A stretch of DNA of 64,000 bases from Amphiscolops sp. MND2022 (lineage: Eukaryota), in the NCBI GenBank assembly GCA_964187785.1, contig OZ076414.1, forward strand, positions 53,382,001 to 53,446,000. Reading direction: 5' to 3'. Of this stretch, positions 36,408 through 46,381 are shown piece by piece; the stretch's first letter is position 1, and each line of letters starts with the position of its first letter. The notes beneath the pieces were generated by a model, which saw only the letters and a program-made list of their open reading frames with translations, searched no databases and was not told where the DNA came from. The position numbers were made by a program, and so were the translations under genes.

Positions 36408-36872
36408 ATGAGTGGTTCATTCCACAAACAAAACCCATTAAACAATTATTACCGTGGTCCCGTTAGACAAAGAGGAAGTGGCATTGGGTCTTTAGCCCTC
36501 AAAGTTGCACGTCATGCACTACCACTTTTGTCCAAGTACGTTTTGCCCTCTGCCAAAAGAGTGGGAAAAGATTTTGCTTTGAATTTGTTGCCCGAAGTAT
36601 TTGATGTTGTCACTGGTCGTGGTGGTGAACCAGCAACATCTTCAAGCATTAAAAAGGCAGTAAAGCGTGCAGCGGGAAAAACAGTAAAGAAACAATTGGG
36701 CACTGGTGCAGCAAAAAAGAAGAGACGACAACAGTCAGTTGGAAAGAGTTCCAAGACCAAAAACAGTCGCACAGCAAAAAAGGGCCGCAAAAAAACATCA
36801 GGAGGCAAAACAACAACAACGAAAAAGACTCAAAAACGCAAAAAGATTGACATTTTTCAAAACTTGCCTTGA
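36408..36872 (+). CDS. Lys-rich putative virion core (pVII-like) protein
   Basis: YY...RQRGSGIGSL motif (adenain-type GxG cleavage context) and a highly basic C-terminus, immediately upstream of the MCP. Confidence 0.7.
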   Translation: MSGSFHKQNPLNNYYRGPVRQRGSGIGSLALKVARHALPLLSKYVLPSAKRVGKDFALNLLPEVFDVVTGRGGEPATSSSIKKAVKRAAGKTVKKQLGTGAAKKKRRQQSVGKSSKTKNSRTAKKGRKKTSGGKTTTTKKTQKRKKIDIFQNLP

Positions 36873-36907
36873 CGGTCAATAACATTCGTAATATTATTCT
36901 CAAAACA

Positions 36908-38206
36908 ATGACGACGACGGCGGCGCACATAATACCTAAACCGGCAACCCACTCTAGTCTGGACATTTTTTCTAAGCCAGAAGTGCTTGTGTCTTTTGAC
37001 AATTCGTTTGAACAAGAAACGTTGCCAGTCACTGCACACGATGCACCAGTTTTTGAGTTTGTACTCACCACTGATCGAAACATTTACTTGGATTTGCAAA
37101 GCGTCGAATTAAAGTTGGAGGCAAAAATTGGAAAGGGCGCCAATGGCAATACTAATTTGGAGACGGAGTTGGCTGGAGGCAACACTGTAGCTAAAGCAAC
37201 CGACAAAGTCAGCTTCATCAACAACACTCTACACTCCTTCTTTTCCAATTGGGACATTTTAATCAACAATGAAATTGTACACACGTCCAACAATTTGTAT
37301 GCACAGAGAGCTTTTGTTGAAACGGAACTGTCCCACACACAGGGCTGTGCCACAACAAAGCTCATTACGCAAGGCTACAACTTTGAGCCCGCCACCGGTG
37401 ATATGCTTGCCCACCGAGAAACATGGACCTTAGGTTCCGCTTCAAAGACATTTTATGGAAAACTGGCGGTGGATTTCCTGGCTTGTGATCAACTTCTCAT
37501 TCCCAATTGTTCTATGCGAATTCGACTGACACGTAACAAGCCCGAATACTTGCTGCAAAGTGCTGTCACCAACCCTGCCTTCACCCCAAAAATTGAACGA
37601 GTGTCAATTTTTGCTCGTTACTACACTGTTGCCGAAAACTATCACGTCAATTTACAACGATCTCTACTCAAGTGGCCTGCTAGATACAACTATTTTGAAG
37701 TACGCAGCAAGACATTTGTGATTCCAAGGGACCAAAGTCATTTTATTCGTGAAGACATTTTCAATGCAGAACCCATTAGACGCATGGTACTGGCCATGTG
37801 TCCCAACAATCAGTTTACTGGACGTTGGACAGACACTCCGCTCGCATTCCACAAACACAATTTGAAGAAAGTGCGAGTATTGCGGAATGGTGTGCCAGTG
37901 GTGGAATATAGCACAAGTTCCAACACTCAACTTTACTTTAAGACTATTCAAAACCTCCATTTTGATCAAGACGGTCCCCTAATCAAGTTGGACAATTATG
38001 AAAATCACTACTATCTAGTTTTCGACCTTACCTCCACACTACAGTGCAATCAAGAAATTTACTACCCCGAAATTGTGGGAGCACCAATACGGATCGAGCT
38101 CGAATTTTCGACCAACACTAGCACGCCTTTGGAGCTGTTTGTGCTGGGAGAACGATTTACAACAGTTCAAATTGATCATACAGGCAAAGTGTTGAAACAT
38201 GGATAG
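36908..38206 (+). CDS. Major capsid protein (double jelly-roll)
   Basis: SLDIFSKP, FINNTLHSFFS..DILIN, LYAQRAFVETEL, GKLAVDF..DQLLIP, FDLT motifs typical of the Polinton MCP; intact. Confidence 0.92.
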   Translation: MTTTAAHIIPKPATHSSLDIFSKPEVLVSFDNSFEQETLPVTAHDAPVFEFVLTTDRNIYLDLQSVELKLEAKIGKGANGNTNLETELAGGNTVAKATDKVSFINNTLHSFFSNWDILINNEIVHTSNNLYAQRAFVETELSHTQGCATTKLITQGYNFEPATGDMLAHRETWTLGSASKTFYGKLAVDFLACDQLLIPNCSMRIRLTRNKPEYLLQSAVTNPAFTPKIERVSIFARYYTVAENYHVNLQRSLLKWPARYNYFEVRSKTFVIPRDQSHFIREDIFNAEPIRRMVLAMCPNNQFTGRWTDTPLAFHKHNLKKVRVLRNGVPVVEYSTSSNTQLYFKTIQNLHFDQDGPLIKLDNYENHYYLVFDLTSTLQCNQEIYYPEIVGAPIRIELEFSTNTSTPLELFVLGERFTTVQIDHTGKVLKHG

Positions 38207-38627
38207 TGCAGCCTTGCTACAAGTTATTTCCAAAATTCCCGCACTAAAATATCGATACTTGGGTTGCTTCGACCCCAATACTTTCATTTTCCCAATGCCA
38301 ATAGACACTTTTCAAATTGTAAACACCACTACAGACGTTGAGGGACATTGGATAACGTTGATTCGCTTATCCAACGGTTTTCACTATTTTGGAGATTCCC
38401 TGAAAGCAACAAGCTTGAATCAGTACCCAATGTTGTTTACCCGACTGCCACCACCGCCAGAACAGAAAAAGACAACAACATTATTTCTACCTTTGAACAC
38501 TTCAATAAAGCAGGTCGATTCCTTGTGTGGTCTCTATTGTATTTATTTTGCATGGAACTTGTTTGATAATACACCTAAAGTGACGAATGATTTTGAATTG
38601 TATCAATTGTTTTGTAATCTTTTATAG
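38199..38627 (+). CDS. Adenain-like cysteine maturation protease
   Basis: Catalytic set GHWI (H), FGDS (D), Q..SLCGLYC (Q, C). Confidence 0.9.
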   Translation: MDSAALLQVISKIPALKYRYLGCFDPNTFIFPMPIDTFQIVNTTTDVEGHWITLIRLSNGFHYFGDSLKATSLNQYPMLFTRLPPPPEQKKTTTLFLPLNTSIKQVDSLCGLYCIYFAWNLFDNTPKVTNDFELYQLFCNLL

Positions 38628-38659
38628 AAAAAAAATGTTTGTAAAGAAAGTTTTTTTTT

Positions 38660-39557
38660 TCAATCAGTAATTGCAGGCACATGTTTTTTGCGAAAATGTA
38701 AATTTAAAACTACAAGACCCAAACTGGTAAAGGGAATTAATTTTCCCTTCATATCTCGAATCTCAATCTGTATACTATTGAAATTATCCAAACAAACATT
38801 TCGATACTGCAAATTGGAAAAGGATCGGTTGTCGTAAGGGTATATGACAATCAAATCCTCATTTCGTTCGTTGACGAAATGTGAAGGCACGTAAAAGTTG
38901 GTTCTTCACATTGCCCACGTTACTAAAGTCTACAATATCACTGTATACAAAAATTGTGTGAAAACGTAAGATATCACAAGGGTAGGGAGCAATGATTTGG
39001 TTGGCTTCACAGTACACAGCATCCGTTCCCAATCCCAAAATTTGAGCCAAGTCATCACTTTGAATTTTGAAGTATACACGGCTCTGTCCTTCTGTAGTTC
39101 CTTCAAACGTGAATGAAAGGTTCAAAGTTTCCTCGTTGTAAGCAAAGGTCATTGTCCTCTCCATGTTTGTAAAAGTAGCAATTTGAGAATTCATTGCGTC
39201 AATAATTTGACCAATTTCTGTGTAACAACCCTTTGGAATGTTAAAAGAACGATATTGATTCAAAAAGGGCACATCTGGATAACTATTTATAAGTTCCTTG
39301 CTGACAGTATCAGGTTTGTTTACAACAACACGATATCGTTGAAGAGTCGGTGTAGGAATATAGCCTAGCGTGAATTCACCGTCGGTGACATTGTATACTC
39401 GGTTTGGGAACGAAATGTCTGTCAGTGCAACTTCCCATTCACTACCTCTGCCCAAATTGATTGGATTTGACATAAAGTTTGAAAAAAATGCCAGAGTATT
39501 ATTTGGATAAATGTCCAAACTTGCATTAGACAATAGATCAATGTAAAAGGAAGTCAT
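38660..39557 (-). CDS. Minor capsid (penton) protein, interrupted by a 1-nt frameshift near 38877-38879
   Basis: N-terminal FYIDLLSNAS..IYPNNT..F...WEVAL..I.FP; the C-terminal IQIEIRD..GKLIPF...LHFRKK lies in the +1 frame (ORF 38660-38890). Confidence 0.85.
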
Positions 39558-39616
39558 TGTTTTAGGGAACTGTATAGGAAACACAGAATTTGATTGAATG
39601 AGAGTCAATCACTCAT

Positions 39617-40012
39617 TCATTCATCTTCACTGCTGCTGCTGGAGCCAATCATCAGCTTTACCCTCTTTAGTTTTTTCTTTTTCGGTTGGCGAGAACATTT
39701 TTCGTCGTCGACATCCGCCGAAGTTTCTGCGTTGCTATCTGTATTATCGGATATCGACCAATAAGATCGTAAGGATTCTTCGTATTCTTGTGTTCCCAAT
39801 TGATTCTCCGTAATGGGCACTAGTGTGTTTTCCAAACGATTGAACTCTCTTCTCAATTCCAGACTCAAACAACCTGGATGTGTGCATTCCATTTCTTTCC
39901 AGTCATACGTTTCCAACAACATCAAATCAACAGAGTATTGACGGGGCAGTTGCGGCGGACTAGGAGCTGTCAAGTCAAAAACACTTTGGTCGTCAGTGTC
40001 ACTTTCTCCTTG

Positions 40013-40044
<32 letters not shown>

Positions 40045-40330
40045 TCGATCTGAGCATTTTTTTTGCCGTATCAACTGTAACTTGAGCACTAATTAAGTGC
40101 AATAAATGAACCGGTAGGAGAAAAGACTCAACAATTTTCCATTCATCATTTGTTGCTGAGTTTTTCACTTCCTTTATTAGGATTGCCGACGCTCCGAAAT
40201 GTGTCTTGTAGGCAAATATACGTTCGACGTCATTACGTTGTGTGAATATGTAAATCATTGTTTCCAACAACAACAAATTTATTCTGAAAACAATAATGTT
40301 AAAACTACTGCAAAAAAAAACAACAATCAT
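39617..40330 (-). CDS. Polinton hypothetical acidic protein with C-terminal NLS-like motif (alternative start 40258)
   Basis: 237-aa ORF with a poly-Asp tract and QPKKKKLKR near the C-terminus. Confidence 0.6.
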
Positions 40331-41098
40331 TTTGTGTTAAGGAGATTCAGCAGTGACCAGTAGAATGGATGAGAGCTGCTTGCTTGAAGAAGCGTGTTTT
40401 TAATTGATGGGAAAAAAGTTTATAAAAATTATACGTTCTAATGCAAAAATTTTTGCAGTGTGGAAAAAGGGTAGAATTTGCTATGTTACGTTGATCATTG
40501 TGAATCTTGTATAGTTGTCGGGTGGTAAACAAGAGCTACTCTAACTGCTATTCTCAGTCAATAAAGATGAAAACAAAAAAAATTTTTGAAAAAAAAATTC
40601 AGAACAAAATATTGAGTGAACCCTAGACATGGGCACATCAAATTCGTCTAATTTTTCGTCCCGAATCTAAATTTTGCATCAAAACGGCGTTTCTCGTAAA
40701 ATTGGGGTTTTTCAAAAATTTTGCCCTATGGGGGGATTTTTCCCCTTTCGGAAAATAATTTTTCAAATGGTTATTTTTTGGTCTTTCCAATGATATATAT
40801 GACAATGGGTGTTCGTGATAGTCATTGACAAGTGAAATTTCGAGTTTTAAAATTGAAAAAAATGACTGAAACTAAGTTTTTCCGTGAATCGAAACCATGC
40901 ATTCATGTTTAAATTTTAATTCCAACCAGAATATGACAAAGATACCTCATTTCAGAATTTTTCATTTTTCTCCATGATAAGGGGTTGTTGACGTTACAGT
41001 TATAAGTAGAAATTGAATATGTACAAAACTAGATTCACATCCTTAAAGTGAGTCTTGAAGAATATTAGTGTTAAATGAAGAAAACTACAACTTAGCTA

Positions 41099-42313
41099 TT
41101 AGTTGTTTTTGGGAGACGCCAATTGAAGAACATCGAGCAAAGTTCGTTCCAAAAACTGCCGAGTGTAGTGAAATTGGTCAGTCATGTCGACGCCCCTGGT
41201 ACGCATCTTGTGCACGTTCAAAGATTTGCACTTTTCGAGCTGTTTCTGCAAAACTTTATCGACCCTTTTCTTGTTCGAATTGGGAAGAAGTTGATTACGT
41301 CTCGCCAGACCAATCACTAGTTTGACACCTTTAGTTCTGCAAACTCTGTTCCAGAGCATTAGTTTTTCCGTAAGGTCTTTAGGTGACAGTGTTGAAACAC
41401 TATTGTTCCCTTAAACACATTGTTTCCCAATCAACAATCTTTTTTTAATCGCAAAAAAACTCAATTTTGTTGCTACGGGGCAACAGGGTTAGGGTTAGGG
41501 TTAGGTTTGAAAAAAAAAAACAAAAGAGTACAACTAACTTGGTGGCATTGTGAGCGAATTGTAGAGAATGTCGGGAAAGATAAAGACGAACTGACACTCT
41601 GGTCGAGAAAGGGCTCGAAACAACAAGGAGTCAAGGGTAGGTTTTGAAAAGTTTCGTTTAGAAGAGGAGGAGTATTCATGTCGACCGCCACTTTCGGCGA
41701 GAATTTGGATATGTTTATAATGAGATGAATCCTTAATGATTCTAGAAAGATTTGAAGCACCAATAACAATCGCGTGCTTTTTTTCCATAAAACCTGAAAA
41801 CAGATGATGTGTTATTTCATTGTCAGAGCAGAATAGTTTTGGTACTAGAACAAATCGTGCAAGTACAGACAAAAACAAAAAAAACATGCAAATATTCATA
41901 TTAGAACTGATTTTTGATACAATAATACTTATGAGAGTTGTTTATGCGTTTTTGGAGGGCCTGGAGGATACCCACATCAAGGGTACCTTTCCTCCAGGCC
42001 TCCACACATGCGCGCAGGAGCCCGCGCTCGTGCTTTCTGATCGCCCAGAAGGCGAACAGATCGAGCACGGGCTCCATCGCAGTCCCATCGATGTAGGATT
42101 GGATTCCCTGCAGCAAAAAGGTATTGGTTATTTTAACGAGTGTTTAACCTGAAGTTTCGAAAACAAAACTTAACGTACCTCGTGACGACAAATCATCAGC
42201 AAAGCGTCCCATGTCTCCGCCGATATTTCAGTGAGGCAGGAACCTCTACATTTTTTGTTAATTAACCCCCAAGAATAATGATCCAAAAGGTCCAGTTCTT
42301 GGAGATTTAACAT
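41099..42313 (-). CDS. SGNH/GDSL hydrolase-like protein, 4 exons (42313-42179, 42107-41921, 41793-41539, 41409-41099), 295 aa
   Basis: Three GT-AG introns (71, 127 and 129 nt) give one 888-nt frame. Motifs in SGNH order: VIGASN (block I), ESGG (II), DILYNS (III), DQFHY (V). Confidence 0.65.
41485..41505 (+). repeat. Telomere-type (AGGGTT)3.5 tract inside the predicted last intron of the SGNH-like gene
   Basis: agggttagggttagggttagg. Confidence 0.9.
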
Positions 42314-43321
42314 TTTGTTTAGGAAATGGTCTCAAGAATTGTTGCTGGTAACTTTTTGTTGCTGGTTGTTAAGTATTGTTGCTGGTGTTTAAATTTCTGA
42401 GCAAGGAATGAATTTTCCGTGCTCGTCAGGCTCAACCCACTAAGCACCTCCTCCGATTTTTTCGAGTTTCACTTTTATCTGGGAAACATCAAAGATTTTA
42501 ACCCAGGCACAATTTCCATATCTAATCATTTGGAAACTCGGATAAACAACCATATTCACTTTTTAGGGCCCATAAGACCTCGATCAAAGGCTCGGCTATC
42601 TTTTGAACCTGCTTTCAAAGTGTTGCAGGGTCCACCTTTATTCCTTTGAAATTCAGAACCCACCAAATTTGAGTTTCCAAGTGATGAATCAAAGAAAAGA
42701 CCGACACTCTGTTAATTGGCATTGTTTTTTTTTCAGTTATAATGAACAAAAAAATGTTGCCTTCACAATTCCAAAACAAATTAGAAGGCATTTTGATTGC
42801 TTTTTTCCAAAAATTTAGCATTTTTTCCCGAAATTTTCATGCTTTTCTCAGACATTTTAGGTCATTTTGTCTCTTTACAGAATGTGAAAATTCGGTGTAA
42901 AAAGAAGCTGGGATGATTTCCATATGCTTGCTGGAATAGTTAATGACTGTTTCCATTACGCAAATGAAGGCAATATCAGGGAAATTTGTTCCACAGCAAT
43001 CACACTTCTAAAGAAAGGTAATATAATCTAAGAGCACATTCATTTCAAAGTTGCTAGATTAAAAGAATTTTTATTGATTCCATTTCCTTTCATCCCATCT
43101 GCGTTCCATTTCCATTCCTAACAAACCACTCCTTCCATTTTTATTACTTTCCAGCACGCCAAGGTAAGGAACTTTCCTTTCATTGCCTGAAATACGAACA
43201 AAAAATTATCGGGCCTGTATTTTGTTTTCGGATTTTGTTCGGCTCTCGGTGATTTTTTTTTGTTCGGATATGTCATGTTCGTATCGCAAATATTACGTAA
43301 CGTTTCAGAAAGTTTTGTTGT

Positions 43322-43380
43322 CCATATTTGGTTACTCACTCAACCCCCCCCCACATATAATGCCACGTACATTTACTACT
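43322..43380 (-). repeat. Right terminal inverted repeat (59 bp)
   Basis: Reverse complement of the left TIR with G9 instead of G13 and one substitution; homology stops inward of 43322. Confidence 0.95.
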
Positions 43381-43397
43381 GAGAGCTCGATTTTTTT

Positions 43398-44046
43398 AGT
43401 CGGCGCTTCATGAAGTGAAACGCGACTATTATAGTGACTTTTCTTTTTTTTTTTTTTCAATCCACACGAACTGACCAAAATAGTTCTTAAAAGTTCTACA
43501 AAATATTATTGGTCCAAAATGCACTATTTGGTCTAGCGAACTGAACCAAAAAGGTTTTTCCTGTTTTCCCGCGTACCATACCATACCCGGGGAGACCAAA
43601 GGGTCCCCCCTTCCAATTTTTTTCGGCACTGCGAGACTTTTTTCCCGGAATTTTTTTTTCTTCAAAGGGTCCCCCCCTTCAACTTTTTTGCTGTTTTGCG
43701 ACAGAATGGATGTTGGAAAATCCCAAAGGGTCCCCCCTTCCAATTTTTTTTCGGCACTGTGAGATTTTTTTTCCAAAAATAAAAATTTTTGTTTTTTTCA
43801 GTTTTTTCATGTTTTGCGACAGAATGGATGTTGAAAAACCTTAAAGGCCCCCCCTCTTCAGTTTTTCGGCATTGTGAGACGTTAGCGCGCCACTCGGTCC
43901 ATTTTTTAGTATGTAATTTTTTCAAAAAAAAATTTCGAAAAATTTTCGATTTTCGACTACTGTAAACGAATACTTGACACTTGGAAGTCTTTTTGCTATT
44001 TTTGAGCCTTGGATATGGCGCCGACTTGGGCCGGTCCCGGCTTGTT
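43398..44046 (+). mobile_element. Helentron-type non-autonomous element (HINE-like), family 2
   Basis: Subterminal inverted repeats AGTCGGCGC (43398-43406) and GCGCCGACT (44018-44026), 3' hairpin GCCGG-TC-CCGGC (44030-44041), T-rich flanks, internal tandem repeats. Confidence 0.7.
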
Positions 44047-44557
44047 ATCTGTAACTGCTTCTTGCAGATCATGAGAAATTGAAAGAAACGCCAAATGTGC
44101 CGTTCAAAAAATTCAGCCACCGCTTCTGATTAGCTGTAGCTGAATTACACCAAGCGGTCGAACCATCGCTGAGTACACTGAATTTGTATGTTTGCAGTCG
44201 CTAATTTGGAAAATGATCCTCACAGAAAAATTAAAGGCATTTTTGTATCAGCTCAACTGGCTATTTGGGCTGGAGACAACTTTCCACGTAGAAATTCAAT
44301 TAAGTGTACCATGTGAAATAATGAGCAAACATCACTTAATGCCAACAAACCTGGTTTTATAGCACACAGTCCTTCATTCGCTTATGACAAGAAAATGTTG
44401 AAATCGCACATTATCATGTGTATTTCAAAATTTGTCAATCGTACTATTTCAGTTCGTTGAATATGAACTGTTTTAGACTCGCATAAAAAAGGCATCTTCG
44501 AGATTGGATGGAAAAGACACAGTGACAATTTCTATTGCAAGTTGAGGTGAAACTCAC

Positions 44558-44763
44558 CTGTAGTTAAGAAAAAGAGGCTCAGATGTTTTCTGACAATATT
44601 TGGCCAGGAAGTCTTTGCCGACAGCCAAGTAAGATTCTAAGGAGATGAACAGCCCCTCTGGGCTGTTCTCAGGGGTGTCGAAACTGTAGAGACATTCCTC
44701 CTTGTAAACAGACTTGCTAGCATTCGGCATAGACAGATTCACACAGTAGTCAATAACAGGCAT
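44558..44763 (-). CDS. USP5: Ubiquitin carboxyl-terminal hydrolase 5/13 family, exon 1 of 3
   Basis: VYKEECLYSFDTPENSPEGLFISLESYLAVG (N-terminal cryptic ZnF-UBP); phase-2 donor AG|GTGAGT at 44557. Confidence 0.9.
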
Positions 44764-45730
44764 TTCAAAATCTGAAACAGATTTATCATTGGTTAAATTC
44801 GCGTTCAAGTGGATAGCCAAAATGTAGTGGATAGCTGGTTATTTGTCGTTCAATTCTTTGGATATTCAGACCCATCAAAATTTTCAAGAACAGTATAAAA
44901 ATGGTGAACGTACTTTTCATTTATTAAAGTCAATTTCATTTATGCCTAGTACTGCTACTGGTAATTTGACCGTCTGGTAAATTGACTAGAAGGTGATTTT
45001 ATGACCTACGGTCTTTCGACCTCCGGCAATGTGTCGTCTCGTAATGAGACCTGTAACAAAAAATAAAGACGCGAAAAAAATTCAGCTGGACCGAAAAATA
45101 TCTCGTCGGTCCTTCATATTCAGAAATTTTGTCTTGAAACGCCTGTTGGAATAAAATTCCTTTTAATTCCATTTCAACCATTTTACTGGCTTCTAACTAT
45201 TCTAAAACGGTATCCTGCTGATACAACCAATCAAGCGTTTATCTGGGTAGTTTCTCCCTCTACGATGAAAGAACAACTTTCAAAGGTGATTTAAATCAGT
45301 AAAAATTAGGACCAGTAAAAATCATTGTTTCGGAGCAAGAAAGTTGCATGCATTTTAACATCACGTTTCGGTACCTCGCGGTATTACTTGGCACTAATCG
45401 CTCAAGTTAATCAAACCAAACTTCCGAGCAGAGAACAGAATTAGACGTAAGAGTTAAGAAACAAGGAGTTTTGCAACAATTTAAACTAATATAAGTGATT
45501 AAAAAGCAAATAACAAAGACTATTTTTTAACTAAAACTATTTAGTATATTTCGAAAGCAAGATAAGTCTCACAAAACTTTCCGAAAAACGCTGACAGCAA
45601 TAAGAGTTAGCATTCGTTTACACCAACTGGTCGACTTTCCGATACCTGTCGCTATCTCTCTGCTCTGACTGTTCTTCAAATCATCTCCAGCCGTGAAAAG
45701 TCCTGAACATGTCCAAAAGGTTCCTAAAAC

Positions 45731-46381
45731 TTAATGACCACAGGTTTTCTCAAGAATGCCTGGTTCAATTTCATTACAACTTGTAGGAGTCTCGCTCTTT
45801 TGGATTTCTCTTTCTGCGAAAAATTGATTGGGATCCAATTTAGCTTGCTCTTTCAAATACTCTTCTAGTTCTGGTGTCATTTCCGTTGTATCTTCACCAA
45901 TTGTTTCTTTTCCACCGTCGCATTTAGCTCGTTTATTTTTTTGTTTCTCTTTCTGCTTCAAGCGTTTCTCACGCTTTTTCGCAGTTTTTAAATCAGCTAA
46001 TGCTTCATTCTTCAGCAATTTTTCCTGGAATTCTTTTCTCTGTTCTTCTTCTTGGCTCAAAGCTTCATAAAACTGGTTTCGTTTTTGCTCACGACGACGA
46101 ATTCCTCGATACACATGAAATTCTCCGCTACCGGCAGCTGCGGATGATCCCATGACCTCTCGAACAAATTCTGGAGCCTTTCCCAGTTTAGGACCCTGTG
46201 GTCTCTCTGGTATTGACACAGGTCTATCAGGATCTTTCATCATCCTTTCAATTTTGAGTCTCTGGAAATCAGTGTAAGTTTTACAAGGGACAAATTCCTC
46301 TTTTTGTCGTAGAATTTTGTATTTCTTCTGCTTCTTCGGATCATCTTCATCGTCTGGAGGAATGTACATAGACCCGCTCAT
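45731..46381 (-). CDS. PRKRIP1: PRKR-interacting protein 1 homologue (DUF1168 family)
   Basis: QRLKIERMMKDPDRPVSIPE...APEFVREVMGSSAAAGSGEFHVYRGIRRRE...KTAKKREKRLKQK. Confidence 0.93.
   Translation of the reverse strand: MSGSMYIPPDDEDDPKKQKKYKILRQKEEFVPCKTYTDFQRLKIERMMKDPDRPVSIPERPQGPKLGKAPEFVREVMGSSAAAGSGEFHVYRGIRRREQKRNQFYEALSQEEEQRKEFQEKLLKNEALADLKTAKKREKRLKQKEKQKNKRAKCDGGKETIGEDTTEMTPELEEYLKEQAKLDPNQFFAEREIQKSETPTSCNEIEPGILEKTCGH

Larger units (their letters stand above)
25114..43380. mobile_element. Full-length Polinton/Maverick (adintovirus-like), 18,267 bp, in USP5 intron 1
   Basis: TIRs begin AGTAGT and end ACTACT; GAGAGC 6-bp TSD at 25108-25113 and 43381-43386; carries pPolB, integrase, ATPase, MCP, penton and protease genes. 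Confidence 0.97.

Noticed and set aside
40590-41060. Possible MITE inserted in the Polinton between the 237-aa ORF and the SGNH-like gene
   Set aside because: Sequence style suggests it, but only weak, imperfect terminal similarity and no TSD could be found.
42400-43320. Additional ORFs or exons in the Polinton right subterminal region (42419-42821, 43118-43413)
   Set aside because: Short, mutually overlapping, motif-free ORFs; no in-frame splice model found.
43429-44120. ORFs of 115 and 152 aa (and similar ones at 18220-18517 and 23171-23479)
   Set aside because: Products of tandem-repeat sequence in non-autonomous repeats; low-complexity Lys/Phe/Gly translations with no domain motifs.
44999-45181. 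Possible extra upstream coding exon of USP5, or a small gene
   Set aside because: USP5 already gives a complete 806-aa frame from ATG 44763; this ORF has no matching motif and is at most a 5' UTR exon.
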